64,000 nucleotides of DNA from the NCBI GenBank assembly GCA_009602725.1, contig WELB01000004.1, forward strand, positions 763,277 through 827,276, in the 5' to 3' direction. This document shows positions 53,371 to 64,000 of the stretch, piece by piece. Position 1 is the first letter of the stretch. Each line of letters opens with the position of its first letter. A program made the translations under genes and the position numbers. The notes under the pieces were generated by a model, which worked only from the letters and a program-made list of their open reading frames with translations, was not told the DNA's origin and did no database searches. This DNA comes from Spirogloea muscicola (taxonomy: Eukaryota).

Positions 53371-54727
53371 GGGACCCACTTCCAGGACCCTAGCCTCTCT
53401 GATTTGCGGCTGCTTAGCAGGGGTTACTGAGTAATTTGTAGCTGCTTTCTTTCTTTGTGTGCTTTGGTTTCTTAGCGCTTCCTCTGGCTTCCTCTGGCCC
53501 CCTTCTCGATGCAGATGGCTGCTCAGTATCCACGTGTGAGCAATAGCAGATCAGAGTAACTCGGAGCAGGAGAAGCGGCACTGTGCCGAGACCCGGAAGT
53601 AGCAGCCATTTTTCGGGTTGGCTGGCTGTCCGCAGCCCTTGCCCCCCTTTGGATGAGCTGTGGGTACATTTCCCGTCACAAAGGCCAGCCCGGAAAGTGA
53701 TGGACAAGCCTGAGCCTCAGCCCGAGCACCGAGCCGCCAAGCCCGGAAACGCGAAACGAGAAATGCGGAAGTGCGGAACGCGACACATGCCCCCATTGGG
53801 AGTGCCACTTCTTCGAACGCGACACACGCAGAACGCCAGCCCAAAGAGAGAAGGCGCGCGGGGCGCATGAATTGAAAGGGAGGCCAATTCAAGCCAATAC
53901 ATTGTTCAGGCAGAGTCGAGTGCAGACTAAACAAGGCTACATAATACGCCAGCCCAAAAGGGGACGAGGGCTGTGAGAAGCGCAAGCCCGCCGCCTCGGC
54001 TCGTGGGCCACAGGCGTGGCGCGGCTTGGTGGCCCTCTTTCTTTTGGCTTTGGACATAGTCCATTCTTTGTGGGCTGGCTTTTGCCAGCTCCTCTTCTTT
54101 CTTCACATTACCGGCACATTACCGGGCTATTCGGCGCACCCAGAGCCAACACCCAGACCTCCTCTTCCCCTCCTACGCCGATGATACACACATCATTAGG
54201 AGAAGTGGTACTCCCAATGGGGGCAAGGGCTGCGAAAAGCCAGCCCAAAAGAATTGACAAAGGTTCGAAGGGGCTTAAGAGCGTTGAGCAGCTACAAAGG
54301 AGCCTGAGGATGCGATGGGAAAAACAGGGGGAGGATGGATCACTCAGTATTACGAGTGAGGAGCCTCAGATCCGACAGACTAGCTGCCGGGAAGCTATCA
54401 CCCTGACGAAAGCCAGAGGCCGCAGCAAGAGCACGGCCAGCACGCAGATGCAGAGCGTGAGCCATGGACCGCTGGAGGGACATCATTGGACCCAATGAAC
54501 CCTACACCCCCAGCTGCCTCCGGCTTTCGTGGCGGCGCTCCAGCTCCCCAAGTTAGCTTGTCAGATTTGTTTGTGCTCACCCGTGGGTACTAATGTCATC
54601 TTAGGTACCTTAGATTAGGTCTCCGTATTATGTAGCCTTGTTTAGTCTGCACTCGACTCTGCCTGAACAATGTATTGGCTTGAATTGGCCTCCCTTTCAA
54701 TTCATGCGCCCCGCGCGCATTCTCTCA
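53371..54727. mobile_element. Nest of CRE-like 3' ends (E+, B-, D+, A-, B+, D-, A+) directly upstream of NDUFB2
   Basis: LLSRGY* 53430; LLTRGY* minus 53523; D terminus minus ~54200-54480; VLTRGY* 54593 with the complete family-A tail to 54727. Confidence 0.85.
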
Positions 54728-54842
54728 GCTGAAGTCATGGCGGCTTACCCCTTGCTCGTTCGCGAATTGGACCTGATGGGCCTTCGTGTTTGCCCGTCCA
54801 AGAGCGTGGCCTGGTCCCCACGCGGTCTCCCCGCCACCCTTC
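54728..54842 (+). mobile_element. Left part of a split family C element (RT C-terminal region)
   Basis: MAAYPLLVRELDLMGLRVCPSKSVAWSPRGLPATL continues in frame at 57790. Confidence 0.75.
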
Positions 54843-57789
54843 CGAGACCATCGGGACGAGGCGGCCTGGAAGCTCTTCCTCCTCTTCCCCCGGCTGCTGC
54901 TTGGGCGCGTCCCCCACGACGGCCGCTGGCAGGGCCGGCAGCCCCTCCTGGAGCGCGTCCAGCTGTTCGAGAGCGGCCATTGGGAGGAGCTCCTCGAGCG
55001 CCACAACGCAGCCGTGGCAGCCTTGGCAGCAAACCGAGGTGATGAGCGGGCATCGCCCGACAGGGCCGCCAACATCCGCCGGGCATTGCGCTTCGGTCAT
55101 GCGGGCGAGTTGTCCAGGGCGGTCCAGGCCCTGGACGACTCGGTGCTGGCGCCAACCACCGCAGCAACACGGGCGGCCCTGGAGTCCCTGCACCCTGAGG
55201 CCCGCTCCCCCCTGCCTCCGTGGCTGGCCACCTTCGCCCCGCCGGAGGAGGTGGCCCTCGACGCCGACGCTCTTCGACAGGCTTTGCAGAGCAGCCGCCG
55301 CGCAGCCGCTGGAGGTCCGTCACACATGCTCACCGAGCATCTCCGCGAACTCTTCCTGGAGGGAGAATCAAGTGACTTTCAGTCGCTTCACCAGGTGTGC
55401 CAGCTCCTTGCTCGCGACCAGGTCCCGGCCAGCATCCGCGACGTCATCTGCACCAGCACGCTGCTGGCCCTCAGCAAGGCCAATGGGGGGGTCAGGCCCA
55501 TTGCCGTTGGCGAAGTGCTCTACCGCCTGGTGGGGCGCGCGCTATGGCAACAGCACGCGGGGCTGGCCCAGGAACACCTGGCGCCCCACCAATTCGGTGC
55601 GGGGCTGCGGAGCGGCGGCGAGGTGGTCGTGCATGGCGTAAGGGCCGCCTTGGACTTGAACCCCGGGTGGATGGCCTTGGCAGTAGATGTCCAGAATGCG
55701 TTTAACAGCGCAGACCGGGATGTCATCGCTGAGGAGCTGAGGGCGGCCTTCCCCAGCCTCCTCCCCTTCTTCAGGCTGGGATATGGTCAGCCAAGCGACC
55801 TGCTGTGGCGGACAGGGCATGGGGCGGTGGAAGTCCTCCTTTCCTCCACGGGCGCACGCCAAGGAGATCCGCTGGCTGGCCTCTACTACGCACTGGCTCA
55901 CAACCGTGCACTGCTGGCCACGGTCGCGGCTCACCCGGGCGTCCACGCCCCCACGTACGCCGACGATACAACGCTGGTGGGGCCGCCAGAGGACGTCGTG
56001 GCAGCCTTTGACACCTTCAAAGTGCAGCTGGGCGCGATCGGCTTGGGCATCCGCGCAGCCAAGTGCAGCGCTTGGTCTCCCCAGGGCCTGCCAGCCCTCC
56101 TGCGCCTGCCCTCGGGCTGTCAGACACCAGCTGGGGGCTTCATCCTCCTCGGCGCCCCCATAGGCTCCCCAGCCTTTGTGGTGGAGCAGCTCCAGGCTCG
56201 ACTGCAGGAGCACCTCCGGCCGGCGGACCGCCTCCACATGCTGCAAGACATGCAGCTGGCGACCGCCATGCTGACCAGGTGCATTGCCCACCGTCCGCAC
56301 TACCTGGCCCGCGTCCTCCCTCCCTCCCCGGCGGTGAAGGCGGCGTACGCGGCTTTTGACTCCGGCGTTCTGGCGAGCGCGGCCTCTCTCCTGCAACACC
56401 CCGGCTTCCTCACCACACCAGCCGCGATGCTCCAGGCCAGCCTGCCTGTCAGTCGTGGCGGTCTGGGCTGCCGCCCAGTCGCCCGCGTTTGCGAGGCCGC
56501 CTACCTGGGCAGCTGGGCCCAGGTCGCCGCACCCATCAGCCGGCGGTTCCAAGCGCACGGCATCCGCACCATGGAGCGGGTGGTAGCTGAAGTGGAGAGC
56601 GGCTCGTTGCCTTTCCAGGCTGCTCTCCGCGCTGCCCGCGACGCGCTCCTGGCGGCCCACCCCGACATGTCGAAGCAGGTCGTCCCGTTCATCCACCTTG
56701 CGCACACCCCCGACCTGCGGGCCCAGGCCCGCTACACTGCGCTGGTGGACAAAGCGGCCTACGACCAGTTGGTGGAGCTCCTTCCGCCGCACGACACCCG
56801 AGGGCGCGCCCGGCTCCTCTCCGCCTCCTCCCCTGGGGCGGCGGCGTGGCTAGCAGCACTCCCCATCTACGCGGCGCTGACTATTCCAGACGCGGTATTC
56901 AGGACGGCGGCCCACCGGCTCCTCGGCCTCCTCCCTCCCTGCCTCATCGGGGTCCAACAGTGCGAGTGCGGTGCCCGCCACGATGACCCTGCGGCGTTGG
57001 CGGCCCACATGCTCCGCTGTGCACACGGGGGCGAGCGGACAGGTTCGCACGACCTCCTGCGAGACGCCATGCAGGGTGTGTTCCTGGAGGCCGGCTACAA
57101 GGTGGCAGTGGAGAACTCCACGATAATGCCCATCCTGCGGGGCGCCGATGGACAGCTTCACACCCGCCGCGCGGACCTCGTTGCCATCCCGCCCGGAGGA
57201 GGTCCGCGCATCATCGCTGATGTGGTAACTGCCGATTGCGTTGATTCGGCCAACCCCGCGAGGTCCGCGACGCTCGTCGGGCACGCGGTCGCTCTGGCGG
57301 CTCGGAGTAAGGAGCGCAAGTACTCTGACCACCCTCCAGGCGATGCCTTCGCGGCACTGGCCATTGACGTACACGGGGCATTTGGCAGTGGCTGGTTGGA
57401 TCTCCTCCAGCGGCTTGCCCGGGAGGCCATCGAGCGGCGGCAGGGTTCGCCAGGCTTCAATGCTGCCGGCTCCCTCTCGCAGGTCTTTCGGATGAGGCTG
57501 GCGGTCTCGCTGCAGCGCTCTTTGGCTCATGCGGTCCACGCGCGGGCTGGCCGTGCTATGGCTGCTGCTTCCGGGTCTCGGCAAAGTGCCGCTTCTCCTG
57601 CTCCGAGTTACTCTGATCTGCTGTTGCTCACACGTGGATACTGAGCAGCCATCTGCATCTCCCTCTGCACCATCTTGCACTTTGTAGTGTAGTCCTTTTT
57701 CAGCACCTCTTTCTTTGGCTTTGAACATTGTCCATTCTTTTTGGGTTGGCTTTGCCAGCCCCTCTTCTCAATGGGCGAGCACCTTCTTC
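54843..57789 (+). mobile_element. CRE-clade-like non-LTR retrotransposon (family B), 5'-truncated, uninterrupted RT-ZnF-RLE ORF to 57644
   Basis: RT motifs AGGPS, KANGGVRPIAVGE, QFG, DVQNAFNS, GARQGDPL, YADD, LLGAPIG, GGLG; CECG..H..C knuckle with HD; RRADL..ADV..KERKY restriction-like endonuclease; RLAVSLQR helix; no APE domain; 145-bp 3' UTR ending cttcttc. Confidence 0.93.
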
Positions 57790-59397
57790 AGCTCCCCCAC
57801 GGCTGTCAGACCCCTGCCAATTGGCTGGCCATCCTCAAGGTCCCCTTTGGTACACCAGCTCACGTGGCGGTGGACGTGCGGGAATGCCTCCATAAACACC
57901 TCGCCCCTTCCCCTCCTGGGGGACACACAGCTGGCGTTGGCCATCCTCACCCGCTGCATCGGCCAACGGGCTTGCTTTCTGCAACGCACAGTTGCCCCAT
58001 TGGGCATGGTGGTGGACCTTTACAAGGAATATGATGACCCCTTCTGCAGTCCCTGGCATCCCTACTACATTCTTCATCTTTCCCCTCAGCTTCAGCTTCC
58101 CTCCAGGCCTCCCTCCCCACTCGCATGGGCGGCCTTGGCTGCCGGTCGTTGGAGCAAACGGCGCAAGCAGCCTTCCTGGGCTGCTGGCACCAGATCGCCT
58201 CTCTGCTCCCCAGGCGCTTCCCTTGCCTCCACGACCCTGTACGCAATGTGGAGGAAGGCCCCTTCCCCTTCCAAGCGGATCTGAGGAGCATCCGCGACTC
58301 AGCCATCGGCTCTTTCCCCTCTCTCCAACCCCTGCTCACGCCATTCTCCGCACTCGCCCAAGCTTCGGAGAGAGGGGCACCACTGGTTACGGCAGTGGAA
58401 GACGAGCGCCACAGAAGGTTGAGGAGGCTGCCAGAGATTCAGGACAATCCAAGGAGCCTGGCAAGACTGACTTCTCTAGCCACACCTGGTGCCACGGATT
58501 GGATCACCTCACACGCCGTCGCCAATGCCTTCAGCATCAGCTCCGAGGCCTTTCGAACGTCGCTGCAACTCTTCCTCGGCCTCCCACTTAACTGCCTGAT
58601 AGGGATGCGCCAGTGCGAGTGCGGCTTCCGTGCAGAGGGTGCTGAGCTCGCCACTCACATGCTGAGATGCCCCACAGGACCAGAAGTGGTGGGCATCCAC
58701 AACCTCCTCCGAGATGCCCTGGCGGGCTTGATGCACGACGCCGGCTACCGTGCGGTCGTGGAAGTCAACAATATCATGCCGATTACCACGGACGCCCAGG
58801 GACGTCATCATTGCCGCACACTTGACATTGTGGGCGTGCAACCTGGTGGAGGACCACGGGCCCTGGTCGACGTGGTTGTTACGGAGGCGTACAAAGGTCC
58901 AGCATCGACAAATATCGCTGGCCACGCAGTGGGCATTGCAGAGCAGAGCAAGCTACAGCACTACTCCGACTACCCTCCGGTGCGATCAGCTCCTGCCAGC
59001 TGCAGTTGACACTTTTGGCTGTCTGGGTCCGCGTTTCCACACCCTCCTGCAGAACATTGCCAATCTAGGCTACACACGACGTGCAGATGTGTTCCCGGCT
59101 GAGATGTGCTTGCAGGCTGCATATCTGTCTTTCTTGCGACGACGAGTTTCGGCCTGTCTGCAGCGTGCCCAGGCTAATGCCTTGCACCAGAAAGCTGGGC
59201 GAGCTCTAGTTGGTGGCAGAAGGGCTTCTTATCCGACATCTAGTATTCAGACATCGATTTGCGACCTTTATATTTTGACCAGTGGTTACTGGGCGGGTCA
59301 ATCTGCTGTAGTTTATGTAGGTCTTCAGATGAGCTTGCCTTTGTACTTGGCCATTTGGCCTTCGTTTGTTTCAAATACACGAGATTCTCTTCTCTCT
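57790..59397 (+). mobile_element. Right part of the split family C CRE-like element (frameshifted)
   Basis: QLPHGCQTP..GGLGCR..AAFLGCW..CECG..HMLRC..HNLLRD..RTLDIV..VDVVV..KLQHY..AAVDTFG..SACLQRAQA..DLYILTSGY with the stop mutated to TGG. Confidence 0.88.
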
Positions 59398-61181
59398 GGG
59401 CCTCCGGCTTTTGCGGCGGCGCTCCAGCTCCCCAAGTTAGCTTGTCATATTTGTTTGTGCTCACCCGTGGGTACTAATTTCACCTTAGGTACCTTAGATT
59501 AGGTCTCCGTACCATGTAGCCTTGTTTAGTCTGCACTCGACTCTGCCTGGACAATGTATTGGCTTGAGTTGGCCTCCCTTTCAATTCATGCGCCCCGCGC
59601 GCCATAGCCTGAGACGAGAGACATTCTCAGTAGAGGGCGATGGCTGTAGTTGCCTTACATTAGAAGAAAGAAGAGCTGACCTGATGTTGCTCACCCGTGG
59701 GTATTGAGCTTCCTGTGTTTTCTGGGCTGGCCAATCACAGGCATCGCCCTCTCCTAGAAGGACCTTTCTTCTTCGGTCCTTGTCATTCTCCAGTGGGCCG
59801 GCCCTTTGCAGCACTCGCCGCCTTTGCATGTGGCTCTCGCTCGCTTTGCAGCATTTCCAGGCTCTAGCCACACACCAGCGTGCTGGGCGCGCACTAAGCC
59901 AGGCCATTGGCTTGCGGCGTGGTGCTCTGGCGCCCCAGACTAGTCTGCGGCGCCATCTTCTCTTCCTCCCCTCAAGTCATCTGACTTCCTGTTGCTGACA
60001 CGTAGGTACTAAGAGCGCCCTGTTTGCCTTGTCGCCTGTGGCTCCGCTAGTGAAGTCATGAACACTCTCTGTATGCACCTGTCTGGCTTTTACAGCCGCT
60101 CGTTTATGGAGAGCAGCCGCATTCTTTTGTTCCTCCCTCGGGCTCATGCTTTGCACCACGAAGACAAAGTGGCTCTCTCAGAGGGCGTGCTCCTGCGTGC
60201 TGCCGTGCTCTAGCTGCAGCCCCTGGATTTCGTCAGGAGGATGGCTTTCCGGCTGCTAGTCTTTCGGAGTTTGCGGCTCCTCACTCGTGATCACTAAGTG
60301 CTCCATCCTATCCAAGCTCTGAGACAGCGCACTTGGCCCCTTCGGCCCTTCGTCCATTCTTTACGGGCTCGCTGTTCACAGCCCTTACCCCCTTTTGGGA
60401 GACGTGTCTTTGGGAGTGACGTGTGTCTCTCCCAAAGAGGCAAGGGCTATGAACTGCAGAAAGAAAGTGGCTCTTCCAATGGGGGCAAGGGCTGTAAAAA
60501 CCAGCCCGAAAAGAGTCGACAAAGGTTCGAAGGGGCCAAATGACGCAGGAGCCTAAAAGCGCTATGTCAGAACGGCTGTAGGATGGACCACTCAGTAGCT
60601 ACGAGCGAGGAGCCTCAAATCTGACAGACTAGCTGCCGGAAAGCAATCCCCCTGACGAAAGCCAGAGGCTGCAGCTAGAGCACGGCCAGCGCACAGATGC
60701 AAGGCGTGGGCCATGGAAGAAGAAAGTGCTCGCCCACAGAGAAAAGGGGCTGGCAAAGCCAGCCCAAAACGAATGGACAATGTCCAAAGCCAAAGAAAGA
60801 GAAGCCAGAAAAGGACTACATTACAGAACACAAGACGATGCAGAGGGAAGCTCAGTACCCGCGAGTGAGCAACAGCAGGTCAGAGTAGCTCGCTCCAGGG
60901 AAGAGACACTCTGTCGAGACCCGGAGGCAGCAGACATAGCGGGGCCAGCGTGCCTGTGGACCCCATGGATCGCTGGAGGGGACGTTGAAAGACGCATGCG
61001 ATGAACCTGGGCCCACGAACAGCCAGCCCGAATGGAGTGACAACGTCCTACCAGAAAGCTGGTCGAGCCTAGGTGGTGGGCACAAGGGCTTGTCAAAATT
61101 GCCGTCCGGTACGTGGGCAGTTAGCGAGCTCCACGCGCTGACTCGTGGTTACTGAGCCAGCGTCTTAAGCTGACCAGAGCT

Positions 61182-61225
<44 letters not shown>

Positions 61226-62510
61226 GAGTGATCCATCCTCCCCCTGTTCTGATATAGCATCTTCTGCCCCTTTGTAGTCCATTCTTTCTGGGCTGGCTTT
61301 GCTGGCCTCCTTTTCCACTACTCTGACTACCCCCGCAGCGACCACCTCCTCCCAGCCGCCATCGACTTTTTCGGCTGCTTGGGTCCTCGCTTCCATACCC
61401 TACTCGAGAACATAGCCAGTCTGGGATATGCACGACGCGAGGATATGCTGCCAGCCCAGATGGGTATGCGGGCAGCCTATCTGTCATTTCTGCAACGTCG
61501 AGTGTCAGCTTGTCTGCAGCGAGCTCAGGCTCATGCGTTGCACCAGAAAGCTGGTCGAGCCTTGGCTGGTACTTCAAGAGCTTGTCGATTGCCGTCCGGT
61601 ATTCGAGCATCAGCTAGCGACCTCTATGTGCTGACTCGTGGTTACTGAGCGGGTCAGCTTAGCAGCAGGTGACGTACATTTGTCAATGTGCTTACCTTTG
61701 TACTTGGCCACACATGGCCTCCCCATCTCTTCATACACACGCATTCTCTCTTTTCCTATGGGCGCGCACTTTCTTCTTTGTAGCTGCTAAGCGCTTGTAG
61801 GCCCCTCCAAACCTTTGTCAATTCTTTTTGGGCTGGCTTTTTCGCAGCCCTTGCCCCCATTGGGAGTGCCACTTCTTCTTGAGAGCAGGTGATGGACGTC
61901 TGTCGGTGTGCTTGCATTCGTACTTGGCCAATCGGGGCCGTCCATCACTCACTACACACCAAGCGAAGCCGGCGGCAAGCCCGGCAGCCCCGGCTCCGCC
62001 GGGGAAAGAAAGGGCTCGCCCATTGAGGATAGGGGCTGGACAAGCCAGCCCAAAAAAGAATGAACAAAGAACGAGAAGGGGGCCAGAGGAAGCCAGAGGA
62101 AGCGCTAAGAAACCAAAGCACACAAAGAAAGAAAGCAGCTACAAATTACTCAGTAACCCCTGCTAAGCAGCCGCAAATCAGAGGCGCTAGCTAAGGTCAC
62201 GGGGAGCACTGCCCCCCCTTCCCAAGCTGACCAGCGGCGCCGGGAGCAGGGTGCTGCCCTTCCCGGTGGCTCGGTGCCTTTGGGTCTGGTGTCCTGCTAC
62301 CGTATGCGACTGTCCGACTGTCTATGTCCCTGCAGCGCTCCCAAGCGCTTGCTTTGCACCGCCGCGCTGGTCGCGCCCTTGCAGCAGCCTCTGGCTTGCG
62401 CAGCGGGGGTTGCTCTTCCTCCCCTCAGCTCATCTGACTTCCTACTGCTGACACGGGGGTATTGAGGGCGCCCTGTCTGCCTAGCCTTTGGCTCCGTCAG
62501 GAACACCTGT
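59398..62510. mobile_element. Nest of CRE-like 3' ends (A, B, C', D, E, G) upstream of PDAT
   Basis: LTRGY*-type termini at 59477, 59707, 60012, 60297, 60592(-), 60852(-), 61155, 61648, 62150(-) and 62465. Confidence 0.85.
61183..61222. repeat. (TC)n microsatellite inside the retroelement nest
   Basis: Direct reading. Confidence 0.9.
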
Positions 62511-62515
62511 ATCCN

Positions 62516-64000
62516 GCGGCGCGGCGAGGCCGGGCGCCGGCTCCTGGGGCTGCTACAACTCGTGCTGCTGGACGCTGGGCAATGTGGCGGTGCTGTGGAC
62601 CGCCGGGCTGCTGCTCGTGCGCCTGCTGCCCGAGGTGCACCTCATCTCGCTCGGCGAGAAGCTGACGGAGGTGATCACCGGCGCCGCGCCGGACCCCCCC
62701 GGAATCCGCCTCCGCCGCGAGGGCCTCTCCGTGCGCCACCCCGTCATCTTCGTGCCCGGCATCGTCACCGGCGGCCTGGAGCTCTGGGAGCACCGCCCCT
62801 GCGCCAACGGCCTCTTCCGCAAGCGCCTGTGGGGCGGCACCTTTGGCGATGCCTACAAGCGGTGACGGCCCCCGCTCCTCTGTCCTCCTCTCTCGCTGCC
62901 GACCGGGCCTGGCCGATCCGACTCGGAATGGCCACTCCCTGTCACTCCCGCCTCCTTCTAGCCTTGCAGCTGTCTCTCAGGGACGACCGTAGCGAGTAGA
63001 CTTGCACCCATGTGGAGCTGCCGGCAACCCCAGGCACGTCATTGGTCCTGGTGCAGGCGGCTGTCCTCAAGCTCACGCCCCAGCTGCAGCTGCTCCACAG
63101 GCCCTTCTGCTGGCTCGATCACATGGCGCTGGACAACGAGACCGGCCTGGATCCGCGCGGCATCCGCGTGCGCCCCGTCAGCGGCCTCATTGCTGCCGAC
63201 TACTTCATGCCAGGCTACTTCGTCTGGGCCGTGCTCATCGAGCAGCTGGCCAAGATCGGGTACGACGAGCGCAGCATGTACATGGCGTCCTACGACTGGC
63301 GCCTGTCCTTTTCCAAAACCGAGGTGAGCTGGCTGACTGGCGCTTTTGCCACGCTGGTCAGCCAAGGCGGCTTCGATCAGAGCTGTGCTTTGTCCCGTGC
63401 TTCAACAGCTGCATCCTGTGCTCGCCGATGTCCCCTTTGCCCAAGCTGGATTGCCACTACACAGCGCGATCCAACGGTCAGTGTCTGCTGAGCTCTTCAG
63501 CTCTCCCTCAACAAGGCCGTCGCCTTGTCTTCTCTCACCTTTGGCAGGAGAGAGACGGGACCCTCACCAGGCTGAAGGCCAACATCGAGGCAATGGTCAA
63601 GAGTAATGGCCAAAAGGTGGTCATTGTACCCCACTCCATGGGCTGCTTGATGCTGTCCTTCTTCCTCAAGTGGGTGGAGGCCCCTGCCCCGACTGGAGGA
63701 GGAGGGGGCCCCACCTGGGTCCGCGACCATGTCCACGCACTCATCAACATTGCTGGCCCACTCCTGGGAGCTCCCAAAGTCTTCTCTGGTGTCTTTGCCT
63801 GCGAGGCGAAGGACATTGCAGTGGCTCTGTGAGCAACATCCAGCTGAACATTAGTCTTCTGCCCAGTGAATATGCAGGGCTCTCCACATTGTCGATCTAC
63901 ATGTAGAGCATCAACACCACCTGCATGCTCTGCACTCTGGCTTGCCTCTTGGTCACAACCAGAGCACAGATGTACAGAAACTTAATGTGGAAGGATGCTG
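62516..64000 (+). CDS. PDAT1: Phospholipid:diacylglycerol acyltransferase (LCAT family); partial at both ends
   Basis: WGCYNSCCW + TM; HPVIFVPGIVTGGLELWE..LFRKRLWGG|PFCWLDHMALDNETGLDP.GIRVRPVSGLIAADYF.PGYFVW..SYDWRLSF|..KVVIVPHSMG (nucleophile). Confidence 0.93.

Noticed and set aside
55542..57728. Long antisense ORFs (416 aa, 292 aa) over the retrotransposon, and 28229-29617 over UBC
   Set aside because: They are shadow ORFs of GC-rich coding sequence with no recognisable motifs.
54720..57795. Fixed target sequence TC^AGC at element 3' junctions
   Set aside because: It fits about four junctions (54727, 57789, 44320, 27066), but most other 3' flanks differ.
60720..60790. HDV-like ribozyme in the antisense of the 3' module (ggctgg..ccagcc..cgaatggac)
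   Set aside because: I could not build P1/P1.1/P2/P3, and the linker length varies; it would need an RNArobo/Infernal search.
24550..62510. CRISPR-like array or integron-like cassette sites for the recurring gacycgtggttactgag repeats
   Set aside because: Spacing is irregular, both strands are used, the context is eukaryotic, and each repeat is explained as the end of a retroelement ORF.

Overview
Gene-dense, intron-rich eukaryotic nuclear DNA. Protein sequences are plant-like and first exons are very GC-rich, so a streptophyte green alga is my inference. There are three N-gaps and two single-N joins, mostly at gene 5' ends. Twelve spliced host genes are recognisable: NSI/GNAT2, DEAD-box RH57/ROK1, SWC4 (with an in-frame TAG), PRP38, nuclear poly(A) polymerase, an At4g27020-like gene cut by a gap, a SWSAP1-like ATPase, a UBC23/UBE2O-like E2, a JmjC oxygenase, a class-3 lipase, NDUFB2 and PDAT. 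The most striking content is a swarm of at least 7 divergent families of CRE-like non-LTR retrotransposons (RT + zinc knuckle + restriction-like endonuclease). About 40 3' ends counted by eye share a C-terminal S-D-L-x-x-L-T-R-G-Y-stop motif, structured 3' UTRs and C/T-rich rather than poly(A) tails. They are piled in nests directly upstream of gene starts and are absent from the convergent 3'-3' spacers. One copy keeps an uninterrupted ORF of about 930 codons and is nested inside another family's RT. An internally deleted Ty1/copia remnant forms a ~500-bp fold-back. All calls come from manual reading and translation; no searches were run.
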